From assembly GCA_048128005.1 (NCBI GenBank), contig JBEUKZ010000016.1, positions 248,001-312,000 on the forward strand: 64,000 bases of DNA. Direction: 5' to 3'. A program made the position numbers and the translations under genes. Under the pieces are notes generated by a model. The model had not been told where the DNA came from. It was given only the letters and a program-made list of their open reading frames with translations, and searched no databases. Shown piece by piece: positions 34,150-46,000 of the stretch; position 1 is the first letter of the stretch; every line of letters starts with the position of its first letter. This stretch comes from Veleropilina oligotropha. Taxonomy: Eukaryota.

Positions 34150-37100
34150 GAGCCAGTCTATGGTGTCATACAATTTTGGTTACGTCCGAGAACAGTTTTT
34201 TTCCAAATTTCAAAATAATGTAAAAATCAAAGTGATGGTAGATTACACAGCACAAAATGTTGATGCATCCGGACCAATGAAGGAAAAGATAGTTCTGCTT
34301 CGAGAAATTAGATGAAATGCAACTTTTATGACAAACTCCAGGACGTAACAGGACACAAAAATAACATTTGGTTTCACATGCTTTTGTATACGTGCGTCAG
34401 TTAGGGGAAAAATTCATTCAAAATCATTATCAGTGTTATCATATTATTATATTTACTAGGAAGAAGTTTATTTTGATGTCTTCAAAGCAGAAATACACCC
34501 AAGGATAACTTGCGGATGTAACAGGACACCATTTTTGAACATATTAGGACATGGAACAGATTTTAGATGATATTTATTCTCTATTTTGTCTTCTTATAGA
34601 AAAAAGAATGGTTAATTTTATTTTTAAACAAATTCGAAAGTGAAATGGAAAAGATTTTACCATTTATTTGTATAAGTGAAATCTCGGTGTCCCGTGTTAC
34701 ATCCAAAATGTTTTGTTTTCATGGATAAAATGTTTAATTCCTGTCATACATGTGTATTTCTATTGCATGAAGTTCAGTAATTTCCTTCTGTGTTCCTCAT
34801 AATGTTTTACATCAGTTTGAATATATTTTTCAGGTTTTTATTTACTATTTGTCCTTGTGCACAGTTGAACTCTTATCGAAATACACAGTATAAGAACTAA
34901 CATGATTTGTTGTTATCCCGATATAACCGTAGCTGCAATAAACCATGATCAAGTCAAATTTCCTTTACTTTCCAAATTGAAAGTTGTCTTTTATTGAGGA
35001 TGTACATTGAAATGGCAAGGTATGATGACTGTTCAAGATCGATCAAGACCTCCGAGACAAATATACTTTTATTAATTATATCACATTGAAAGTATCGGTA
35101 CAATTAATAATTTTTAACTGAATTAATAATACATTCTGTAATCTTACAGAAGTATTTCTGATCTAACTAAATAACTAGAAAGCTTGGTCACTCCTGACTG
35201 CATATGTATCACCCCGGCATATCCAAGATGATGGCCACCTTGGAGGTCGGACCACACCTGGAGTCAATAAGTGTCATATTCTCGATCACCCCAAACAACT
35301 TACATACCAAATTTGAAAACATTCGGTTAAGAAATTACCTGTTTAGAGCGATCACGAAGAATCTCTCCATGCCGGATGTGCCGCTATAGACGTTAAACCA
35401 TAGTATCCCCCGAAATGTTATCGGGCGATACAATATATACACTCAAAATGTAAAAAAGTGTCATTATTTGTTCTAGTTTAATACAAGTATAAATATTTCA
35501 CTTATAAACATGATTAAGCTTATTTTTGTTGTGGTCTGTCTAGCTGTGAGAAAATTCATGCAACTCCCAACCCACCTTTTATAAACGTCGTAAAAGTACC
35601 AAGAATATTTTTTTCCCACTAGTTGCGAGATGCAAGCTTGTAATAAATACAAACTTAATGAGAAAACTTTTAACAATCATAATAAATTTACTCCAAAGGT
35701 AAAAACAACTACATAATAGACAAATTGTATTATATTCAAGCACAAAACAGAACATGTACACATATCTTTAATAATGGAAATAGTGCACAATGGTTCTTTA
35801 ATATTATCATTTTGACATTGTTTTCATTATAGATTAATTAGGGTTGCAGCATAGTAGCAATTACACTACGTAATATATATCAAATTAGTGACATCAATTA
35901 AGTTTAACTATTTTAAAATTTATACAAAATCCTGGACCCAAGGCATGCGCAGGAGACAGCGGGCACAGTAATGCTGCTAATTACTATGTTAACATAGTTT
36001 CTAAATTAGATTTTCTTCTGGATCTGAATCCAATATTCAATGCATGAGCAATGACTCCATGTTAAATGGTGTGACAACAATCGAAAGTAAAAGGATGGTA
36101 ATGTCTCAATATGCAAATCAATGTCATTGTCAGTTTGGTGTCCCTGTTGCATCCTGGTTAAATGAATATTAATATAACACTATTTGTTTAATTTAATGAG
36201 AAAATCCACCAGAAATAGGACAAATAAATTATTAATATTTCATAAAGATGGATTGGAAAAGATGTAACAATGACACTGACGTAGTACTTCAACTTTGGTG
36301 TCATTGTTACATCTTGGATAAATGGTAGATATAGCACTACTGCATCAATTTTTAAAGGAATTCAAAATACTGAAGTCGCTGATTATGAATAGAGCCACAT
36401 TGTTTTTCATATATTCAAAATCTACTGTTAAAATAGTAGATACAGAATTATTGGAAAAGATGTAACAATGACACTGACATAAGTACTTAATATTGGTGCC
36501 AGTGTTCTATCGATTTAAAAAATAGTAAATATTAAAAACACTGAATATGACACACAATTGATTGATTTTTTAATTCAAAATCAAGCATTAAAACTTTGGA
36601 AAATGAATTATTAGAAAAGATGTAACGAAGACGCCGAAGTTGTAATTCAAGTTTGGTGTCTTGGTTACATCCTGTGTAAATATTAAATAAGTCAAATAAA
36701 CAAAACACTACTGCTTTTATAAATAAAATAAATACAAAATAGTATCCACCAGATAATTGGATGGTTTATACATTCAATATCCATTGTAATATATTTTATA
36801 ATGCATTTTTGTAAAAGATGCAACAAAGACACCAATTTAGTACTTCAACTTTGGTGTCAATGTTACATCATGGCTAAATGATAGAGTATGACACTACCGC
36901 ATATTTTTAAACTAATTAAAAAATATTAAGAGGAACTGATTATTAAAATGGAAACATTGTGTTTTGATATATTTAAAATTTCCTGATAAAATAGTGGATA
37001 CATTATTGAAAAAGATGTAACAAAGACACCGGCACAGTACTGAATCTTTGGTGTCAATGTTACATCTTGGATATAACTGGCAAAAACCTACATATGTACT

Positions 37101-37980
37101 TCTTGTACAGTACTTTTTTGCATTAAAATATGCTTCTTAACACTTGTGTATTCATATTGTGAATATGCTATATTATGTTCAAATAGTTAACCATATGAAG
37201 TTACATTATATCACCAAGACATAACAAAGACACTAAATGAATGCAAACAAATATATGAATCGTGTTGACAATTTATCGTAACGCGGTCAAACGTTTCCTC
37301 TGACAGACTATTTTCAACTACCATTTTGAAGCAATTTATTGATCATTCAAAGACACATTTTGATTGTATCTTTCATTTTCTCGGACGTAACAATATGACA
37401 CCAAAACATTTGTTCAACAAAAAAGTTAATTTTTTGGCCAAAAAATGTAAAATGTTGTATTTACAACATCTGCTCTAAAAACGTATATATGAACACATTC
37501 TAATCGTAAAATAACATAATAGATGCTACCATCACTAAAATGGAGATTTGGCAATATTTGGATGTAACATTTATGACACTAAATGTTACATCCATACAAT
37601 ATTTTTTTCAAGGAACAATTCAATATAATTAATTGTGTTTTGATGTGAAAACCACATTTTACCTTGTTTTTGAATGTCATTTCTTAAATTTGAACTGATT
37701 TGGTCAAACATACACTGTACATAAAGATCGGAAAATATATGTTGAAACGGACGTTCTCGATTAGGACACGAAAAAATGGCATAAAACCATGACATTTCAG
37801 ATGAAAATGTAAAATTGTAGCTAAAGTTTTGAATATTCCCAAACATATTTTTGCCAGTTATCTCCTTGTTATATAATGATGTTAATTAGTATTATTTGAC
37901 TTCATTAGGAAAACAGACTTTGTTGATATTTTAAAAAAGCTCGGACGTAACAAAAATTGCATGACACCGTAGACTGGCTC
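34150..37980. mobile_element. 3.8-kb non-autonomous DNA transposon, Sola2-like
   Basis: ~41-bp TIRs gagccagtcta(t/c)ggtgtcat(a/g)caatttt(g/t)gttacgtccgag, termini GAG..CTC, 4-bp TSD atat (34146-34149 and 37981-37984). Many internal gatgtaacaatgacac-type motifs, no long ORF, nested Helentron-type insert at ~35173-35433. Confidence 0.8.
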
Positions 37981-38047
37981 ATATACAAATTTATAATATA
38001 TTATAGCAAGGAGACGATTATAAATTGAATACATTCCGAAACTAAAC

Positions 38048-39928
38048 TCACACAAGAATCAACACGTTGTCTTTTCCATTCACTAGATAGTACGATGCAG
38101 GGCAATTGTCGTCATTCACTGATGATTCCTCCAAATTTATCTCGAAATTAGACTTGGGCAAGTATGAAAACGGTTGCTTTGTGGTGAGATAGTAGAAAAC
38201 ATTTTCATGGACGCTTTCGACCGTTTTCGTACTCTCCCATTTCCATACAGATGGCTGGCAGTTATCCAGGATTCGCATGATCGAAGATGTTGGAATGGAT
38301 AACTCGAACGTGTATTTCTCATCGATTTCGCTGGTTTCGTAATGTTTCAGAGCTTGCCGTGCGCTGGAGCTCAGAGTGGTTACAGGAGCATTTAAATACA
38401 TCTTCAGCATGGCTACCAGTTCCAGAACGTTGTGCAATTTCTCAAGGAGTGTCTGTCGTTCCTCCAGCGTAATATCTTGGGCAATGAAGTGTTCGAGGCA
38501 ATTCTGAGTGGCCAGTTCTTTAGAAAGAAAGACGTTGATGTAATCCCTTCGCAGCTTTTCGGCGCCCATCTCGCATAAAATCTGTAGTGGAAGCAGGCCA
38601 ACCAGCTTTGGCATTACAAGCTTTCCTACATATGAGTCGCGAACCATCTGCGCTAGGGTGGTAGTGTTTGTTTTATACACAAGAGGCTGCAACTCTCCTT
38701 TCTTTAAAGCTGTAAGAATATATCGCAGACAATCCACGAGATCCGCATACGAGGAACAATTGATGAACACGTTCCACAAGCGATCTGTGAAATCCTGGTC
38801 CTTTCTCTCTTCAAACACGATCGACGCCAATGGTGAGGAGAAGTCCGTATCATTCTCAGCACTTGTGTTGTTCTCGGTCGTGATCCATGCATCGCCAAGC
38901 TGCAACCTTTCTATCAACTGCTTCACGGAAAGTAACAATGGTTCTTCGTTGCTTTCTATCACCCAGTTAACTTCATTAGTTGTAAGCCCATCAATGAATT
39001 TCCCTAAAATAGCCAGTTCACGATACAGAGAGTAGATCGGGCTTCGCATATCTCCGGACAAGACGGTGGCATTCACAACCGCTTTGGCGTCAGAAGGCGG
39101 TGGCTGGAGCAGTGACCACACCTTTGACCAGAAGACTTCGACACTCAGCGTGCTTTGGCGATCGGTTTCTGTCCTGTTTTCTGCCAAACTTGCACCGCAT
39201 ATGTCATATTTCGCAAAACAGTTAATCTCTGCCCCCTTTTCATTTTTCAAAGCCGTCGATAACTTTACATCTTTTTGCGGGCCTCGAATAGTTAGTTGCT
39301 GATTCTTCATTCCAATTTTAACCATACCGTCATCGGTCGATTTGAAAACCGGTGACACGCTAAAGCACACGGTTGATTGACGATCTTTTCCATCGCACAA
39401 AACTACCATCGGTATTGGAGTTTTACCACTACTTTTATTTATTGCATTGCAGTAGAGTGACAGCAGATATCTCGCTTGGCCGCTTGTGATTGGCACAAAT
39501 TCGCTTGCACTCACCTGCACACACCGTACGTGCTTGTGGACTATCGACGCATTGTCTATGCTGGACAGGTCTGCGAACACTTGGAGTTCCAAAGGAGACC
39601 CCTCAAAGTCATTTTCACCAGCAATGCTCTCTTCACCCGATTTTACACTTGACGATCGAATTTGAGTTGAATTAAAATTAGCATCAGCTGCGCATGATGG
39701 GTTATATTCAAAAGTGTTATCGGCATTGTTGTTAATAGTTTCGATGTATTTCTGAACTAAGATGAAAGGGGTCTTTAACTTCAAAAGTTGAGACACGCTT
39801 GCCATCGACTGAAGTTTTGTTCGAACGAGCGATATTTTCCACTTCTGAAATTTGATTTCATTAGGACTTGAGCCATCAGCCAAACTCAGTAAACACGCCT
39901 TAAACTCATCCATAGAACTAAGGTCCAT
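38048..39928 (-). CDS. ZWILCH: Protein zwilch homolog (RZZ kinetochore complex subunit), single coding exon, 626 aa
   Basis: Uninterrupted 1881-nt ORF. The C-terminal half matches Zwilch as recalled: DQDFTDRLW...SYADLVDCL...LKKGELQP...LPLQILCEMGAEKLRRDYINVFLSKELATQNCLEHFI...LEKLHNVLEL vs human DLDFAEQLW...SYQDLVKCF...LQRGDIQP...[37 protein letters not shown]...VQKLHHILEI. Confidence 0.93.
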   Translation of the reverse strand: MDLSSMDEFKACLLSLADGSSPNEIKFQKWKISLVRTKLQSMASVSQLLKLKTPFILVQKYIETINNNADNTFEYNPSCAADANFNSTQIRSSSVKSGEESIAGENDFEGSPLELQVFADLSSIDNASIVHKHVRCVQVSASEFVPITSGQARYLLSLYCNAINKSSGKTPIPMVVLCDGKDRQSTVCFSVSPVFKSTDDGMVKIGMKNQQLTIRGPQKDVKLSTALKNEKGAEINCFAKYDICGASLAENRTETDRQSTLSVEVFWSKVWSLLQPPPSDAKAVVNATVLSGDMRSPIYSLYRELAILGKFIDGLTTNEVNWVIESNEEPLLLSVKQLIERLQLGDAWITTENNTSAENDTDFSSPLASIVFEERKDQDFTDRLWNVFINCSSYADLVDCLRYILTALKKGELQPLVYKTNTTTLAQMVRDSYVGKLVMPKLVGLLPLQILCEMGAEKLRRDYINVFLSKELATQNCLEHFIAQDITLEERQTLLEKLHNVLELVAMLKMYLNAPVTTLSSSARQALKHYETSEIDEKYTFELSIPTSSIMRILDNCQPSVWKWESTKTVESVHENVFYYLTTKQPFSYLPKSNFEINLEESSVNDDNCPASYYLVNGKDNVLILV

Positions 39929-40094
39929 CTTACCGTAAATGTTACAAGTAATGAATCCTCTTTTCTATCGCTTGTTTTCCGATATTTTGTTGTCGCCGCG
40001 TAATCGCGTCTAAGGGATTCGTCCAATTGTAAACCGTGTTACATTATGATCGGAATAGCCAGCCAATAAAAACCATCGTATTAACAGCAACAAA
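39929..40094. promoter_or_regulatory. Bidirectional promoter region shared by ZWILCH and EXOSC8
   Basis: Only 166 bp separate the divergent ATGs. The interval is CpG-enriched relative to flanks, has CCAAT boxes at 40023-40027 and 40063-40067, and a YY1-like AAAATGGCGG overlaps the EXOSC8 start. Confidence 0.7.
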
Positions 40095-43000
40095 ATGGCG
40101 GATGAGTTCAAGTAAGGCATGTAAACAACACGTGCGTTGTTACAAACGTGGAAGTGGATGCGAATAATGGTGTTCATGAGCGAATTACAATTTTTTTTAG
40201 ATATAATGAAGGATAATGACATTGAAACAAAATCGTCTTTTGAAGATACGCTGACCAGACTGGATACTAGTCGATCCCAAGTAGCATGGTGTCCAATGGC
40301 AATGATGTTGTGGGCCCTGAATCTTTTGATTAAATAAACAACAAGAGAAGGGCAATCGAAGACAGCAAACCCCCAATATTACCAATGATTGTTTGATTAT
40401 CAAAACTGAGTGTAAAACTCCAGATGTGTTTTTACTTCAGAATATTTTAATATGTTGTAGGTGCTACCTAGAATCTAGTCCGATAAATCTGCCCCTATTT
40501 ACAAGCTCGAAATCCTGACGGTCGCGTGTATAGGGTCAGATGTCGCCGCTATTAAAAAGGCGTAGTTCTGTAACCCAAATCTAGCGACAGCGATATCGAC
40601 ACCTTAAACGTGCCATACGGCGAATCTTTCGATACCCACATATCAATAAACCATTTCACACTCACCTGACTTTATTGTTGATCAATCCTAGTGATATAAG
40701 TCACATTATAACCTTATATTGTTACTCGAAGCGTGTTTATTTGAAGGCCATTGACAAAACGAAACCGTTCGCATCAACAAATCAAAGCGGGTTAACCAAC
40801 CGGAAACCCGCTTTGATTGGTTGATGCGAACGGTTTCGTTTGTCAATGGCCTTCAAGTAAACACGCTTCGAGTAACAATATAAGGTTATAATGTGACTTA
40901 TGTCACTAGGATTGATCAACAATAAAGTCAGGTGAGTGTGAAATGGTTTATTGATATGTGGGTATCGAAAGATTCGCCGTATGGCACGTTTAAGGTGTCG
41001 ATATCGCTGTCGCTAGATTTGGGTTACAGAACTACGCCTTTTTAATAGCGGCGACATCTGACCCTATACACGCGACCGTCAGGATTTCGAGCTTGTAAAT
41101 AGGGGCAGATTTATCGGACTACCTAGAATCGAGCACTCTGATATAACATACAGTAGCGTATATATGTAGGCCTACATATAATTATTAAAACTAATTACAA
41201 AACCACTATTTAATAGAATGCCTTAGTTCCTTCTTCAATATTGTCCAACTAGTACACAATTATATTGGCTCAACTTTGACTGTTCCGTGTCCTGGCCCAA
41301 GTTTGATTCGATCGGTAAATAGACCGATCCATATGACGTCGTTAGCTCCGCCCACTTTTGCACCGAATCATTCTGAACGTTGCCAAGACTACATTCGACC
41401 ATAGCTCGATGACGTCACATTTACGATAAGCCGAGAAATGAAAATTTAATCTTCATAAGAATTTATTATTTATGTTTAATGTGCAAGCGCTTGACACTTG
41501 ACAAATAATAAAATATCCTACCCATAAATTAAGCTCCATGATTTTGCAGAACCAATCCCAGAATGCCTGAATTTCGGGTTTCCATTTGGTTATATCTAAC
41601 AAAGGTAGGCCTGTACGATTTTGTTGAGAATTCATTATTTTCTACACACATGTTAGCCTACAAGATCTCGCACTTCGTGCTCGTTATTACAGTATGTGAG
41701 CCAGGTCAGGTGGCCAGACTTAATTGATTATGTATGAGTGATTGACAGATCGGGTGGCGATCATTATAAGTTGTCGAACGACGTCGCGGTAGTATACGGT
41801 ATGTTGTACACCGCCTGACGTTAAACCCCGAGGCGATAGCCGAGGGAGTTCAACGTCAAAAGGTGTACAACATACCGTATACTACCAAGACGGAGATTCG
41901 ACAACGAATTTATCTTGCCTTTATATAATAATCATTTGCGTATCTATTAAATAACTCACTATCTGATTATTGTTGACAACTTGGTTTCACTTGATACGGA
42001 CGCAGCCATGAATATTAATCGCTTTGTTTACATTGCAATGAAGCAGACGGCGTTATCGATTTTACGGAAAGAGCCGAGCCTCTCCGATCTCCATGGAGAC
42101 GGGTAATAAGTTATTTATACCCCGTCTGTTTGAAAATAACATCAAACAGACGGGGTATAAGGGTATTTACGTAACTGACGTCATCCAATCAGAACGACGG
42201 ATTAACGTCAAAGGCAAGATAAAGCATGTTGGTCATTATGTACACCCATATGATATGGACGTCGAAGAGGAACACTATGGTTGTAGCAGAAATTTCTACA
42301 ACTTAAATCCATGGGGCATGAGAGACAACTCTGTTCATCCTATATGAATGCAAACAACTCTAACAGAAAAAACAAAATCTTGATATATCGTCATAACATC
42401 CAGATCCCATACCAAAATCTAATCGATTGGTTCAGGCCTAAGACCAATTAGTATACAAAATTTGGTTAAAATCTGTAACAAGATATGGATTTGACATCAT
42501 AACATCTGGATCGCATACCAAAATCTAATTGATTGGTTCAGGCCTAATACCGATTAGTATGTGAAAATCCATCCGTAATTTTTTTAGATATCCTGTTTCA
42601 AGACACAGTGAGACAAACAAACTAACAGGGTAAAAAACAACCGTGGCAGAGATAATAAAATGCGACTGACAAGACTAGAGTTACATATTTATTGAAAAGC
42701 ATCAACTGAGAGACTTTTTAAAATTATAAGACACCAAGATATAACACATGAAGAGTTTGGATGCAAAACGCGCTATACGACATATAGATGAAGTTTGAGT
42801 TATTGGTATACATTACCTCCCCTTCTCAGGAATGAAATAATAGTCTGTCAATGGTTTCGCATACTGCGATATATAACATTTTAAACACCTTTTTTGCAAA
42901 AGCCAATATATACAATCGATCTTTCTATGCAAAATGCAATATATACAAAATGCGGCAATTTCATTGGTCGAAAATGGTCGCGTGATAAAAAATGATGGAT

Positions 43001-46000
43001 GCGTTTGAGGTGATTAGCGAACCAGTGATATCAATAAAAAAACTTGGTGAAATTTGGCTCTTGAACGCTGCATGTGTTAAGTCAGAGAAAAGAGGAATCA
43101 ATATTCGTCAAACATGCATCTTGTTCTATTCCTATTTTGTCTATACTGCCCAATATAGCATTTTTGGGTATGAATTCAATGCATATATCACGTTTTGCGG
43201 TAAAATGCAATCTAAATTACCATAAATTAATTAAGGGGGATTTTTAATAAATACACAGTGTTATGCACAACATTATGTCTCACTGGTACTAGTAATTGTT
43301 AATTGATTATTTCACAACACATTATTCCAGATAGAAATTTTTGTTTTATAAAAAATAGGAAAGTTTTATATATCGCATTTTGCATCCAAGGTCTTCACAT
43401 CTTCTCCCAAACAATTGTGAATGAGTTTTACCTGAACGCCCGCAATCTATCGGTTGTCATGATATCATGGAATTCACTCAAATCCAATTTGCATCGATAT
43501 TTGATGTTGTGGTTTTTTACATATACACTTTATTGTGTGCATTTCGTATTTGATTTCTCTTTATAATATTAAAAAAACAACTTAATTTTAAAAAGTTTCT
43601 GTATGAATGCATGCAGATTTTTTTTTATAATTTCAGCGTGTTTAATGTTCTCATAACATATAATTATTATATTGTATTAAATCCCAGTAATAATCCTTTT
43701 CAGAGCTGCCAGACCAGTTGAATATTACAGGAAATTTCTGGTGAGATATTAAAACGTGGCATTGTGACATTAATGTTTCCAACTGAAAGTGTCAGTGTTC
43801 TGTTTTGCTTTGAGAATACCACAAACAGTTTTAATCCACTTATCTAGGGGGTTCCTTATTATAATAGCTTTAAGCATTAGAATAAGCAGCAAGTTTCGAA
43901 TTCATTTCGTAACATTTTTCCGACATTAACCTGTTGATCTATCGCATATGGTCGAGTTAGAAAAAAGTGCTATCACACTATGCAATATATAATTAGCAAC
44001 ATGTGACATCTATTTCAGGAGAAAGATGTTCGTCCCGATGGCAGAGAACTGGGAGAGGGGCGACAGACGATTCTAAATATAGGTAAGACCATTGTCTTGT
44101 CAGACTGGGTGATATGATCATAATTTTGAATCAATTCTATTACAATGTTCAAATTTATAATTTAGGGAAAATCTCATCAAAATACAAGTGCAATAATTAT
44201 TGTTTTTTAACATATTGTCGAATGTAACATTTAAAAATTCTATTTCAAGTATTTGCTTCCCTATTTGTCCTATCTTGAAAATTCAATCGATCTGACACTA
44301 AAATCTGCTTCATTGTAGTTGTGTTATAATTTAATAACGTGTATTTTAATAATTTGTTATGATGAAAATTAATGTGCTGATACTTATTTGAGGAACGGTT
44401 TTATCTGATAAATTTAAATGGTTTCCAATTCACCTCATGTCATTTAACAAACATCATAATTTGTAGGTTGCGTCTCAACTGCGGAAGGTTCGGCACTCGT
44501 TAAAATGGGAAACACATCAGTCATATGTGGTGTAAAAGCTGTGAGTAATGCTCACGATCAGATATCATTAATTATGTACAATATAGTAACTAGTTACCAT
44601 TGCCAACGTCATTATGTTTTTTGGGGTCTTTAGCCCTTATTATATTTATTTGTTTGTCAGCACGATTATTTGCACTTCCATCACAGCTAACGATATTTAA
44701 TGGTGTCGTCCCTTAAAACTTTTTCACGTTTCATCAATAACATACATAACATAAAAGGGAACTGACATTTGGCACTTCGTCGCACAGGTGAAGTCATGAC
44801 ACGTTAATAGTAAATCATTAGTTTTGTATCTCGAAAATGGATCATCATGCAAATATAAACATCGTATTATGCTAAAAATGGACTTTTCTACGTATCATTT
44901 TAGGAACTGTGCAATCCAAAATCAGATGAACCGAACAGAGGATATGTCGGTACGGAAGAACAAATGCATAATTTATTATATATACACATGAACTCTGAAC
45001 TGGACTTATATTCCCGAGTTTGCCTTGCCAAGGCATATACCATACTTAATATAATATGGAACTGATTCCAGGAAATCCAATACGCAATGATGATACAATA
45101 AAATAGTGTTAATTAAATGAAAATATCTATGTTCAGTGTTCAATTATGTTCATATATGTACATATTTTTAAAAGTTTGTATATAAAATTTATTATTTTGC
45201 TATTTACGATAATCAAACTGTAAATTTATGATGGTCTGACCACATCTAATGAATAATATTGTAATAATACGATTAATTAGAGATATCTATTGAAATCCGG
45301 TGAATGCACACTAGTTATGTGGCTGTAATAATTTCTTTTGTCTGCTTTTAGTTCCAAATGTTGAGTTATCTCCCCTTTGTTCACCGCGTTTCAGACCCGG
45401 ACCACCAGGGGAACAAGCACAGGTTCTCAGTCAGTTCATGGTAGACGTTATTCAACAGTGAGTACATGGAATGTGCCTTTTACATTTTTAGGTGAAATAA
45501 AAATCAGAGGTAGTGTGGCTATGAGGGGATAATAAGCTAGCTTATTGACTTTTTGGCATGGTCGTTATACATTCATATCCCTGCAATAACCATCTACCCA
45601 GTTAAATTGCCTCGTTCAACCAATGTGCATTGTCCAGCAAATGTTCATGGTTGACCTGAAGCATGGACTTGACTGTTGAATGCATGTGATCTATGTACAG
45701 TTCCTAGTGTTAGAAAACAGGAGCTTGGAGGTAGCACTTAATTACCACAAGTGAGGTAAATGATAAACACTGAAAGTAATAACCAAAGATAGCTTATCAG
45801 GTTTATATTATTCGTTTGCTTAAATTACCATTTAATTACTATGATTTCAGTTCTCAGATGCTGAAGCTAGAAGATTTGTGTGTCACACCAGGCAAGGTTT
45901 GTATCTATTATAGTGGAAGTCCATATCATAAAATGAATAGATAAGGCCTGTGGATATCGCTAAATATATTATTATGTATCACATGATAACTACGTTTCTT

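Noticed and set aside
38137..39675. Short antisense and alternate-frame ORFs overlapping ZWILCH
   Set aside because: Shadow ORFs of a long coding sequence, with no independent signals.
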